From the NCBI GenBank assembly GCA_034780895.1, contig JAUZTB010000066.1:19938051-20002050 (forward strand): a DNA stretch of 64,000 nt, read 5' to 3'. The stretch is from Rhynchobatus australiae. Taxonomy: Eukaryota. Under the pieces are notes generated by a model that searched no databases, was not told where the DNA came from, and saw only the letters and a list, made by a program, of their open reading frames with translations. A program made the position numbers and the translations under genes. Of the stretch, positions 13,101 to 24,795 are shown in pieces. Within the stretch, counting starts at the first letter, position 1. Every line of letters starts with the position of its first letter.

Positions 13101-13889
13101 ACGGTAGCTGTGGAATGCATAAGAAAACCCTAAGTAACCAAACACCGAGCCATGTAGTTGGGGAATGCACAGTGCAGTGGATGGGTGGAGGGTTTGTGTG
13201 GGAGAGAAAAAGCCTGCAAAGCTGAGAATGCGAGTTTCAGGATCTATTTCTGGGATTCATCTACTGATTCTGGCTGAAGGTTGACGTTGCAGTGTTTTAG
13301 CTGAAAGACGAGCCTGTTATCGTTTGAGGCACATTGACATTTTGCTTTGCATTAAAGGTTTTGAAANNNNNNNNNNNNNNNNNNNNNNNNNNNNNNNNNN
13401 NNNNNNNNNNNNNNNNNNNNNNNNNNNNNNNNNNNNNNNNNNNNNNNNNNNNNNNNNNNNNNNNNNAGCCTGTTATCGTTTGAGGCACACTGACATTTTG
13501 CTTTGCATGAAAGGTTTTGAAATTTTCTGGCTGGTGTTACACTCTGTAACTGGCTGTAACAGGAATAGGAAGATGATTTAAATTACAAATTTCCATTCTT
13601 TAGTTTGAGACATATTTTGTATTAACTTCTTTACTAAGGCATAATTAAGGATATTTTTGAATAAGGTTTTGATTGAGTAATTATCGATCATCATTAATTG
13701 TAATTATTTCAAGGTTATTTGATTAAATGCTATTGCTGGGTACTTGGGTATCAGCATTAATGTTGGACGCTGCTTGGTAATGCTGCTTCTGCAGAGAATG
13801 ATATAAAGTCAGGGAATGAGAGATTAAGCACAGATATAATGACTGGTATTTCAAGGAAAAATTCAAGCTATTTCTCGTAGCAGAAAAGC

Positions 13890-15335
13890 ACATTGAATTC
13901 TCCAACTTCAAGTAATTCCCACACCCCTTCCCCCATATCCCCCACCACCATGCTTCTTCTTTTCTTCCCTTTCCTAGCCTATCTCTCTTTTTTCTACCCC
14001 TCTTTTTTTTCTCTCTCCTTACCTTTGATCTGTCCCCCAGTGGGCTGCTCTCCCCCTCCTCCGCACCTGCCCATCATGCTCTCTTACCTGCATCTACCTA
14101 TCACCACCTTGTGCCCACCCCGCCTCACCTCTTTTGNNNNNNNNNNNNNNNNNNNNNNNNNNNNNNNNNNNNNNNNNNNNNNNNNNNNNNNNNNNNNNNN
14201 NNNNNNNNNNNNNNNNNNNNNNNNNNNNNNNNNNNNNNNNNNNNNNNNNNNNNNNNNNNNNNNNNNNNNNNNNNNNNNNNNNNNNNNNNNNNNNNNNNNN
14301 NNNNNNNNNNNNNNNNNNNNNNNNNNNNNNNNNNNNNNNNNNNNNNNNNNNNNNNNNNNNNNNNNNNNNNNNNNNNNNNNNNNNNNNNNNNNNNNNNNNN
14401 NNNNNNNNNNNNNNNNNNNNNNNNNNNNNNNNNNNNNNNNNNNNNNNNNNNNNNNNNNNNNNNNNNNNNNNNNNNNNNNNNNNNNNNNNNNNNNNNNNNN
14501 NNNNNNNNNNNNNNNNNNNNNNNNNNNNNNNNNNNNNNNNNNNNNNNNNNNNNNNNNNNNNNNNNNNNNNNNNNNNNNNNNNNNNNNNNNNNNNNNNNNN
14601 NNNNNNNNNNNNNNNNNNNNNNNNNNNNNNNNNNNNNNNNNNNNNNNNNNNNNNNNNNNNNNNNNNNNNNNNNNNNNNNNNNNNNNNNNNNNNNNNNNNN
14701 NNNNNNNNNNNNNNNNNNNNNNNNNNNNNNNNNNNNNNNNNNNCGGAGAGAGATACAGAGTTCACATTTCTGGTCAAATGCACTTCATCAAAGTGGAAAA
14801 AGTGAGAAAGCAAGCATGTTTTAAGTTGCAGAGAGGGAGAGGGTGGAGAGAATAGAGAGGAATACCTGTGCTTAGGTGGAGATCAAAGTTGTCATGGCAG
14901 CTATTACAGACAACCCCCATATTATTGCCATTCAGGAAACGGAAATTTGCCCTTACAGAATTCACAAATCGTTACCCAGAAATTTGAGAGGTGGATTAAT
15001 ATTTGCTCTCGTGGAGTTTGTGGAAAAAGTAAATAAATAAGTACAAATTTTTTCAACTCACTTTTCTTGATGGCACCTGTTCTTTAAATACTGGCAGTTT
15101 GAGATAGAAAAGAAACAAAAGACGTATCCAGCAAGATCTTAAATTGTTGAATTTGATAGTGAATCCAACGGCTGCAATGTACCCAGACTGAAAATAAGGT
15201 GCTGTCCCTCACGTGTGCATTGAGCATCTCTGTTTCTTTCTCCACAGATGCTGCCTGGTTTGGCTTGCTAACTTTTTCCAGTATTTTCAGTTTTTGTTTA
15301 AGATTTCCAGCATTTGCAGTTTTCTTTTTGCTGCT
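13890..15335. mobile_element. Cluster of Penelope-like 3'/terminal-repeat fragments in both orientations around a gap
   Basis: CATTGAATTCTCCAACTTCAAGTAA (ORF end, IEFSNFK*) plus CT-rich UTR at 13891-14136. Inverted terminal-repeat arm at 14745-14900, minus-strand ORF-end piece at about 15130-15225, and terminal repeat at 15228-15330. Confidence 0.7.
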
Positions 15336-17459
15336 CAGGCACCTGAAAATGGGGATTTCTCACTGCTGATACTGTGAGTCCTTTGTGGGGATCTTTCTTT
15401 GAGACAAGGACCATTGCCTTGCTGTTGACAAATTCTAGGCTATTGTATCCATCCTTGGAAGAGTTAAACCAATTTATTCATGCAGTATTGAATTTCTAAT
15501 ACAGAGATTGTATAAATTTGGTTTTAAATTAGATATTGTATTACCTTGGAGTGTGCGGAGCATAACATCCTGTCCGCAATGGGTCATAATTAGTACTGTA
15601 TACAAGTAACCATCAAAACATATGGAGTGCCTGGTGAAACTGATGCTTGAAATGTCTTGTATTACATCAAGATGTTGCATTTTTTTTAAAGTTAGATTAT
15701 ATGATGTAATACCTTGTAGCAACTGAATGCAGAATATTGCAGCTGCTGAATTGCACCTGCAGTGCCATGTGCTAGATTTTAATCCAAAGTCACAACATCA
15801 GGAGCTGAGTGCATGCAACTCAGTTTTATCTACAAAATCCAAAGCCCTATTGTGAATTCATTAATACCAGTAAGTTATGAACATAATCCAGTGCTACATT
15901 ATAGTGTAAGTTATTATAAATGGCAGANNNNNNNNNNTAATTAATTTCTAACACAAATGTAAAAGGTTTTCCTCTTATGGATATGAGGAATAACTAATGC
16001 TTTTGGGCTTTTACCTCACTATTCATTGTTTTTCCATTAAATTAAAATTTACTTTTCGCTCAGGTGATCAACACAACCTGCAGCTATCATGAAAAACCCA
16101 GTATGGGATCTATATTTCAGTCAAGTATTTTGATTTGACTCAGATTGGGTTTTGTGTGAGATTATTTTTTAAACAGTTGTGTTCCCTTTTCTAGCTTCAG
16201 TTAAATTATATAAATCAAAGTTAAGTTATAATCATATAAATCTCTGACAAGATTTTTTATAAATTTACCACGTCCGATTATTCCAGCTGAATCATGTTTC
16301 AAGTTCATGTTTTGAGGACATTATTTAACACTGTGAGTGACTGAAATGGAATCTCCACCAGACTTCACTCATACCTTTAATTTCTGTGTTAAAATAAAAA
16401 TCAAAGTCAGATTGGGGAGAAGACAATAATATTGACAATGATCTTGTGTGTGTAAGGAACTTTCTCCTTTGCAAGCTGGTAAAAAAAAGTAATAATTGAA
16501 AACAAATTAAAGTACTTTCTTGTTGCAAAAAGATAATATTTTCAGACACTGATACATTATTCACAGTATACTGTGATAAAATTCACCGATTCTAGAATGC
16601 GATAGCATTCTTTAAAATAACATTAAACTGCATTGGAAATCAGATCTTAAAACAAATGATAAAGAATTCTTGGTGGTGCTCCAGTAAAAGATGTGTTCAG
16701 TAGAGAATGATTCTCTTATCTGGACATAGAAAACCGGTTGACTCATACAGTTGTGATGCCTTATGAAAAATGATGAACGCATCTCCATTCCATATCACAG
16801 TGTCCTGGGGAGATGCTGCACCAGATATTCAGGCTGATTAGGGGATAAAAGTCTGGGAGATTCATCACCAAGCCCTTGAAATAATGCCAGCTGGTCCAGG
16901 AGCCTTCAAGGGTAATCATAATCAAATAATAACTGTGTTTTATTAATTGGTCATCCAGCCAAAAGGTTCCACTTCACCTGTACTCAGTTCTTGACCAGGC
17001 ATTCACTTCTCACACTCAATCCCTAAATTTGCTGGAGCACATATACCATGATGATCAGTGTGTTGTGAGCTACAAGCTTCATCACTGAGACGTGGAGCCC
17101 CAGATGGCTCTTTGGAGATGAGAAGAATGTAGTAGAATTCTGGTAACGTCACTCCTGGCATTTCCTGCAGAGTGAGAAACTGTGAGTCCATGGAATGCAT
17201 TCTAGATGATGTTAGACAGAGAAACAAAACATGAGAAGAGTGGTGTTCACCATGGAGGTTCAACCCTCAGGTTCACTTTGCTCCATTCCACCTACATTCT
17301 CTGTCCCAAGTGTCTCAAAATCATGAAGGTTTATTGTTTCAGGATTACTCATAACTTTTTATGATGTGCTACCTTTACTTGAAAACAGAAAAGAAGTCTT
17401 GTGATATCAGTCTAAGTGCCTGTCCATCCTTGCCTATTCTGGTAGTTTATTAAATATGA

Positions 17460-17630
17460 ACTGAAAGCACTGGAGCCACTCAACAGGACAGGCAGCATCA
17501 TCAGTTGAAAGGTCTTTGACCTGAAACGATAAATCTTTTTCTCTTTCCACAGGAGCAGCCTGACCTGATGAGTGCTTCCGGCATTTTTAGCTTTAATTTC
17601 AGGTTTCCAGCATCTGTAGTTTTTAATTTG
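17460..17630 (+). mobile_element. Short palindromic Penelope-derived element with degenerate hammerhead-like core
   Basis: Left arm GCACTGGAGCCACTCAACAGGACAGGCAGCATC is inverted to GAGCAGCCTGACCTGATGAGTGCTTCCGGC. Centre reads CAGTTGA-A-AGGTC-TTT-GACCT-GAAACGAT. Confidence 0.75.
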
Positions 17631-17799
17631 CAATTTATTGGCCCTGCACAGCAATTTGATCTTTTTTTTCATTCTCGTAAACAAAAGAAGTAAAAGAGAG
17701 ACTTGCAAGAATGATAGGTAGGGATAGACAATATAATTCTATGAGTAAATCAGCAGATAAGGCTGGAGTTTACAGAAGTAATAAAAGGGCAAAACTAAA

Positions 17800-18165
17800 G
17801 GCTTCAGAGTGGCACAACTAGTAGAGCTGTTGCCTCACAGTGCCAAAGACCCAGGTTCAATACTGACCTTGGGTGCTGTCTGCGAAGACTTTGCAGGTTC
17901 TCACTATGACTGCATTGGTTTCCTCTGAGCGCTTCTGTTTCCTCACACATCCCAAAAGAAGTGCCGATTGGTAGCTTACTTGGCGATGGTAAGTTCTCCC
18001 TAGTATGTTGGTGACTGGTAGAACATGGTGGGGGGGGGGGGGGGAGGGTTGTGGGGGCACAGAAAGAAGAGATTAAGGTTGGATTAGTGTAAATGGGTGG
18101 TTGATGGTTGGTACAAACTTGGTGTTCTGAAGGGCTTGTTTACATGCTGTATCTCTATGACTAAA
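17800..18165 (+). mobile_element. HE1-like V-SINE, near full length
   Basis: GTGGCACAACTAGTAGAGCTGTTGCCTCACAG..CCCAGGTTCAATACTGACC (A/B boxes), V-domain, internal poly-G, CR1-type tail TGAAGGGCTTGTTTACATGCTGTATCTCTATGAC. Confidence 0.88.
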
Positions 18166-18554
18166 GGCTCTGTATCTAAATGTATGTAGTGTTTGAAACA
18201 AAATGGATGAACTGATAGTGAAAAGTGAAGTATATAAGTATGATCTGATGGTGATTACAAAGAAATGGAGATAGAATGACTTAGTGTTGGGGTACAATAT
18301 TTATTGTTATTTCATGATGGTCTTAGTACTACGGAGAGGGATGACATAATTTCAGGAAACGAGAAGTGATTTGGATGGAGATGAGAAATAAAGGCAAAAA
18401 GTCACCTGTAGGAGCAGTAGTGGTGTGCAGGTCACCTATAGTAACCATAAAATATGACACAGGATCAAATAATGGGAGCTTGTTGGAGACGTGGCAAAAA
18501 TCATGAAGGAATCTAATCAACTTATAGATGAATTAAACAGTTATTTTGCATCAT

Positions 18555-18850
18555 AGGAGAATCTGAGACTAGGGATCATTGCTTAAAAGAATTGCTCATC
18601 CATTTAAGATATAGATGAAGAATTTTCTTTCTTTTAAAGCACTATGAGTCTTTGGAACTCTCTACCTGAAAGGGTGGTGGAAGTAGAGTCTTTGACTGTT
18701 TTTAAGTCAGAAGTGTGGGTGAAAGTTTAGCACGGATGGATGAACATGCAGAGTTGAGTTTATAGTCAAATCAGCCATGACTTTATTAAATATTGAAGCA
18801 GGTTTGAGAGCTTGAGTGGCCTATTTCTGCTTCAAATTTGTATGTTCATT
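18555..18850 (+). mobile_element. CR1 LINE 3' fragment
   Basis: GGAGAATCTGAGACTAGGGATCAT..TCTTTGGAACTCTCTACC..GGTGGTGGAAG..TCAGCCATGA..GAGTGGCCTATTTCTGCT tail. Confidence 0.75.
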
Positions 18851-18877
18851 TTCCTATAGGACCTTTCATGACCTCAG

Positions 18878-18965
18878 AATTGGAATTGGTTTATTTTTGA
18901 GGTACAGTGAAAGACTTGTCTTGCATACCGTTCATACAGATCAATTCATGACAGCGCATTGAGGT
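18878..18965 (-). mobile_element. Rex1/Babar LINE 3' tail fragment
   Basis: AATTGGAATTGGTTTATT..GAGGTACAGTGAAAGACTTGTCTTGCATACCGTTCATACAGATCAATTCAT is the same tail as the Rex copy at 62825. Confidence 0.75.
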
Positions 18966-19099
18966 TCCAATGCTTTCATCAGCCAATGAAGTGTTTTTGA
19001 AATGTGGTCACTTTTATGATGTAGGAAGTGTGACAGCAAAGAGTGATGTAACAATTAGCAGATAATCAGATTTTAGCAATACTTAGATAAGTGTTAGTC

Positions 19100-19560
19100 A
19101 CAAGATCACAAGATAAGGGAGCAGAAGTAGGCCATTCGGCCTATTGAGTCTGCTCCAGGGAAAAGGGATGAGAAGGGGGAAGGGGAGAGAGTCAAGAAAA
19201 AAAAAATTAATTTAACCCCAATTTCTGGCCTTATCCCCATATCCCTTGATACCTTGATTAATTAGATATCTGTCTATCTCCTCTTTAAATGTCCCCAGTA
19301 ATCTGGCTTCCACTGCTGTACGTGGCAAGGAATTCCATAAATTCACTACCCTCTGGCTGAAAAAATTTCTCCTCATCNNNNNNNNNNNNNNNNNNNNNNN
19401 NNNNNNNNNNNNNNNNNNNNNNNNNNNNNNNNNNNNNNNNNNNNNNNNNNNNNNNNNNNNNNNNNNNNNNNNNNNNNCCATTTACTCCATCATCCAAATC
19501 GTTGATGTACAGGATAAAAAGAAGCTACCCCAACACCGACCCCTGTAGAACACCACTAGT
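19100..19560 (-). mobile_element. Younger CR1 LINE 3' end (gap inside)
   Basis: Minus ORF MRRNFFSQRVVNLWNSLPRTAVEARLLGTFKEEIDRYLINQGIKGYGDKARNWG. Tail repeat CACAAGAT x2. RT piece ending at about 19560 (SGVLQGSVLG). Confidence 0.9.
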
Positions 19561-22500
19561 CTGGGCACTGGAAAAATCTCCATTGCTCTTCAAAATTATG
19601 CATGAGACCTTTTACGTTTAATTGAAAGAATGGCCCAAGTTTGGGTTAATTTCTCATCTGAATGACAGCATCTGTAACAGTATAGCACATTGCCAGTGTT
19701 GCACTGGAACATCAGCCTTGATTTTTATGCTCACTGCATTGGGACTTGAACCATGGCTCTTTGACTCACGGTGGTGAGCTATGCTGAGCCACAATAGAGG
19801 CAAGGAAAGACTCTGTTACCAGCACTTTCCTATATTTATTCATACAACTTATTTAGTGATTTTGGTTTTGAATAAACCCGTTCTGTAGAATTTTATTCTT
19901 TGAATCATTCATTTTTGAGCCAAATGTCACTAAAATCTATCCTTTCAGATTCAAAGGTAACTCATTAAGTGCAGCTCATACATTTTTCATCTCAGCAAAG
20001 ATTGGAATTGATTTTGAAATTGAATTTCTGATGAAGAGTTTGTCAGGATCAATCTGCAGTATTTGGTTCCTGACTATTTAAGAGATTTTTGGAGGGTTTC
20101 CCACGCTTTGACACTCCAAATTCTGTCCAGAATGCTGCTTATAAAAGGCCTGAATTTCAATCAATTCCCTCAGTTCCCATGGTGAGAGAGAAGCCAGTTC
20201 CATCAGCTGTGATGAGGTCCTGGATTTTGCTGGGGCTTCCATGATGAAAAGGCTTCACATGAGGTGTTGGAGTGGGGTATGGGGGAGAACATGAGGAATC
20301 TGATCGTCAGGTGAATGCTTAGTTATCTGTCAAAATCTTTCTGACATTCGGAAACTTTTGAAAACTGTTGTAAATTATTCAGACATAAAATATAAAAAAT
20401 ATAAAGGATTATTAAGAAAATTATGACACTTATCATTTATAAATGTAAATAAACATAAGAAGAAAGTGAAAAACAAACCTTGCCCCTTGAACCTATTTTC
20501 TATAAATTTGGGCTCCCTTATCAGAGCCCAACACCAGAAAAATATCACAACCGACTGACTTCAACTTCAGAACTTTGTAATTGTTTTCTTGCAAATTCTG
20601 GGCCATTAACCTAATGGATCACAAGTATTTGAGCATCAGAACTGTCTTTGTGCTATGCATAACCTTTCAGTCTTGTGCCATGCCATTGTGCATGCTTAGG
20701 AGCTAAGACAGTCTGACTAACAAATGTACTCGGATCATGAAGATTAAATCAGACATGTTCAGATATTTGTTAGAAATATTTTTGTTTCATATACATCTTT
20801 TTACAGACCTGATTAAATTCACTCATTGGTGTTATAAAATGATTAAGTAATTGAATGAAGGTCTAATTTTGGAGGTGGTGTTTGGAGGGGCTTTTTAATG
20901 CTTGTGTGACAATGCTTGACTAGTTGCTTTAAAATTTGGGATTTTTAGCTGAAGGCTTTCACTTAAATTGGCAATTCTGAGTTAATCAGTAATTTTTAAA
21001 GTTGGAAGACAGAGAACTATCCTTTTTTCCAAGTTTCCTTGGAAGTCATTCAGCCCATAGAGTCTGTTCTGGCTCCCAGAGAAATCCTTTTCCCACACTT
21101 ATTTCTCCAAAACCTCCGCATCTTGGTTTAAGTTGAGATAGTTCTCTGGGAATCTGGGAGTGTTATGGGACAACACTTCACAATCTGATGTTTGGATGTA
21201 TTTGCTTGAATAAATTTGTTCTTACCCAAGGAGAACAGGGACGATCCAACATGGCATTCTTGGATATCCTGGCCAATTTTTTTGCTGAGCCTTTGTTATT
21301 TTCAGATACTGAGTGACACACAAAGATTAGTGTTCATTCCCCTGGGGTGAAGGAGGCAGGGCAACAATCTGATGACAAGCCTATGCCTAAACATTCAGGA
21401 ATTAATGAGCATTAGTTTGCCTATTTGACTGATTCACTACCACCAATTTTTCCCCTAATACAATGACCTTGATAAAAATTGACATTGAAGGACATTTACC
21501 AGACACTACAACTTCAATTTGTCACTTGCAAGATAATGCTTTTAGTAAATGTCTTTCACCAACAGTGACTATTCCAGTTAGGATGAGACCTTTTGTAAAT
21601 TAGTACTATTTTGAAAGGGCTCTTATGATTGCTGAAGGATGCGTAACATAAACTATCTTGGGGAGTCATCATGATTCTTCAAATGGTAGGATTCCACAAT
21701 AACACAGACCTCCCTACCATCCCCTCAGGCTTCCCAGGATTGATGTGTTCATAATAGTGGAGAACTGAAGTTAATTGATTTTATGATGGTCAAATCAAAC
21801 ATTCACAAAATTTTATACAAAATTCTGATGGGTAGTTGCATCGGTCACAGTCCCAAAGACATCAGGAGGAAAATGATTCTCTGAAAGCCGTCAATACAAA
21901 TTTCTGCATTTTGATTGAAAAGGATCTTTTTTAAAAAAAAGTTATTCTTTGTTTCTGATGATGACTTTTGTTACCTGTCAATGTAAAATAACATCATTAA
22001 CTTTTAGAAGTTAGAAATTGAATGTGGCTTAATATGTTATCAAACAGGAGGGTACAACCCAGTTCTTTCTGACTTGTGCTTTGTCTGAATTGTGAAGGTT
22101 AATGGATTCATGGCTAACTGGCATATGCANNNNNNNNNNNNNNNNNNNNNNNNNNNNNNNNNNNNNNNNNNNNNNNNNNNNNNNNNNNNNNNNNNNNNNN
22201 NNNNNNNNNNNNNNNNNNGCCCATAGTTGAAAGTTAAAAACAGGTTGAATTATTTAAAGTTTATTGCAAATATTCTGTGCTATGAATAAAATATAATCAA
22301 AAAGCATACTTGCAAATATTCTGCGCACTTTTCAGGAACTCTCGTGACACAAGACAATATCCCAAGACAATGTCTCCACAAAGTCATTTCAACTCTCTGC
22401 ATTTGAAGGAGACACATTTCTAAACCTTCATTGTTATTGAGTAGATTATTAATCTTTTTGCATGTAAAACTGAATATAATGCAATTCTCAGAAGTTTAAC

Positions 22501-24484
22501 AAAACACCATCATATTGAGTGAAGAATAATTTAAATGAAACCAGGAAAAGAACACCCAAGCAATATATGATGTAATTTCAATCAAAAATACCAGAATAAA
22601 GTTTATCTAGCTGCAGTCAATGTGCCAAGGATAACTATTAGAAGAATTTGGGGGTTGGTGTTGTGTGAGTTACTTGCTAGATTTACTTGCATTTACAACA
22701 GAGATTCTGATAGTGATTGTGAGACAGGAAAGGAGTTGTGTGCGCATGGGGGGAGGGTGGAGGTTGATGGCAATTGCTTAGTGAATGGGAGAATTTGGGA
22801 CTGGGACAGAAGTACACATTCTGTACTTTGTGATGCTGAATGTAGTGTCAGGACCTGTTCTGGATATTCCCAGGTTTCCTGGTCACAGCCAAACAGATTG
22901 ACATTCCAGTTGATTGTTGAGGATAAAGACAAGCAGGGTGTGGAGCTGTGGTAAATTTCGCACGGGGGAATGGAGAGGAATTGTGNNNNNNNNNNNNNNN
23001 NNNNNNNNNNNNNNNNNNNNNNNNNNNNNNNNNNNNNNNNNNNNNNNNNNNNNNNNNNNNNNNNNNNNNNNNNNNNNNNNNNNNNNNNNNNNNNNNNNNN
23101 NNNNNNNNNNNNNNNNNNNNNNNNNNNNNNNNNNNNTGGAATAACACTTTCACTGTTGCAGGCCCACAAGCACTTATCTGTTCAATCTTCTTCATCAGTT
23201 GCCAGGTTTCCTAAGATCAGGGGGCCCAAATAGCATTTAACTTAAAAGATGAGCAAAATTTGGAGCAATGCAGCTTCATTAAGCTATTTTAATGAGGAAC
23301 CTGCTCTTGCTCCGAAGTCTGGTAGGTTTAGGACTAGGTAGACCACATTTAAATTCTAAACACTCAACTCTCCCTCCACCTGCTCTGAATGGGAAAAATA
23401 AATCTGCATCATCTAAAGTTATTTGTAAGAGGCTCAGTGAGTAGTTTCATAAAAGTTTGATAAACTGTTGTGCAAATTCAGTCTTTATTTCAGGGAGGTG
23501 CGATTATTATACAGCTAAACACTATTATGAGCATAATATGTTATAAATTCTGTGCTGTATGTTCTTTATTTCAATGCTTGTTGACTTATAAATATTATTT
23601 GTCTGTTATAAAAGAACTTTTTCTCCACTGTTAGCAGTATTTTCGTTTTGGCAGCTGACTTTGTCTTTCAGAAAAGTGTGTGTAAATGTTTGAATTGGTT
23701 TTTTGGGAATAAGGGAATATTACCCATGTTGCCAGGTGTATGTCAATATTTTCACTCAACACCAATGTGTTCTCGATATTAGTCTGGCAAAGTACTGTTG
23801 ACTGAGTCACTACATGGTATAGTGTGCTGCAGACATTACTCCTCTAAGACATTGCATGTAACTCAAAAGAAAAGCAGTGCCTGCAACAATGAGTTGGAGA
23901 GCCGCAGGACTTGGGATGTGAGTTGCTGCATTAATCAGGGTGCTATGTTTTGATGGTTTGCAAATATTTTCCATCCCCCACCCTACCCTGTCATTTCATT
24001 AAACCAGTGGGTTTTTGAATTTTACCTTCAATAGGGGTGCGAGCAGTTGCTTGGACATAAATGACTGCAGCAATAAACAAAATACGGTGTTGCAGAAATC
24101 TCATCAAGATCTCAAAAGATCAGCCTAAAGTCAGAATAGCAGTAAAGATGGGAGATAGGAGCAATAATGTACATGGATAACTCATTTAGCACTCAGGATA
24201 CATCCCCAGGAATGTGAGTGCAATTGAATCAACACTAAAGAACGTCATTATAAAAATTTTTAAAAATGCTGGAAACCCTCAGCAGGTCAACCAGCATCCG
24301 GGGAAAGAGAAACAATGTTTTGCTAGAACTGAGGAAGATAGAAAACAAGTTAGTTTTAAGTTGCAGAGAAGTGGAGGTGGGATTGGTAGAACAAAGGGAA
24401 TATTTTTTTGTGTTATGTGTTGCTAGTAACAGTAAGATGGGATCAAGAGGTCATTATTGCATTATGTATAAAGAGATGTGCTAT

Positions 24485-24795
24485 TCAGAGTCGAGTTTAT
24501 TGTCACATGCACAAGTACTTGTATGCACAGGTGCAATGAAAAATGTTTGCAGCAGCATCACAGGCACATAGCATCATATAAGCAGCATTCACAAGAAGAA
24601 CATAAATACTATTTTTACAAGAACACAATTANNNNNNNNNNNNNNNNNNNNNNNNNNNNNNNNNNNNNNNNNNNNNNNNNNNNNNNNCAAAGTGGTCATT
24701 TTGGTGCTATACTTTAGTGATTAGGGTTGTGCTGGCTGGTTCAAGAACCAAATGGTTGAAGGGAAATAGCAGTTCTTTAAGCTGATGATGTGGGT
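24485..24795 (-). mobile_element. Rex1/Babar LINE 3' end
   Basis: GAGTCGAGTTTATTGTCACATGCACAAGTAC..CAGGTGCAATGAAAA tail and GTTCAAGAACCAAATGGTTGAAGGGAAATAGCAGTTCTT (ORF end, N.YFPSTIWFLN). Confidence 0.75.

Larger units (their letters stand above)
18850..19795 (-). mobile_element. SacSINE1/Deu-domain SINE, interrupted by younger insertions
   Basis: CCAATGAAGTGTTTTTGAAATGTGGTCACTTTTATGATGTAGGAA at about 18985 and TCTCATCTGAATGACAGCATC..CAGTGTTGCACTGGAACATCAGCCT..GGGACTTGAACC..TGACTCA..CTGAGCCAC at 19650-19792 follow the reverse complement of the Deu-SINE consensus as I recall it. Confidence 0.75.

Noticed and set aside
16500-17330. Minus-strand KAPGPAGI motif suggesting an old LINE
   Set aside because: Only one short motif; the surrounding frames could not be aligned to RT by eye.
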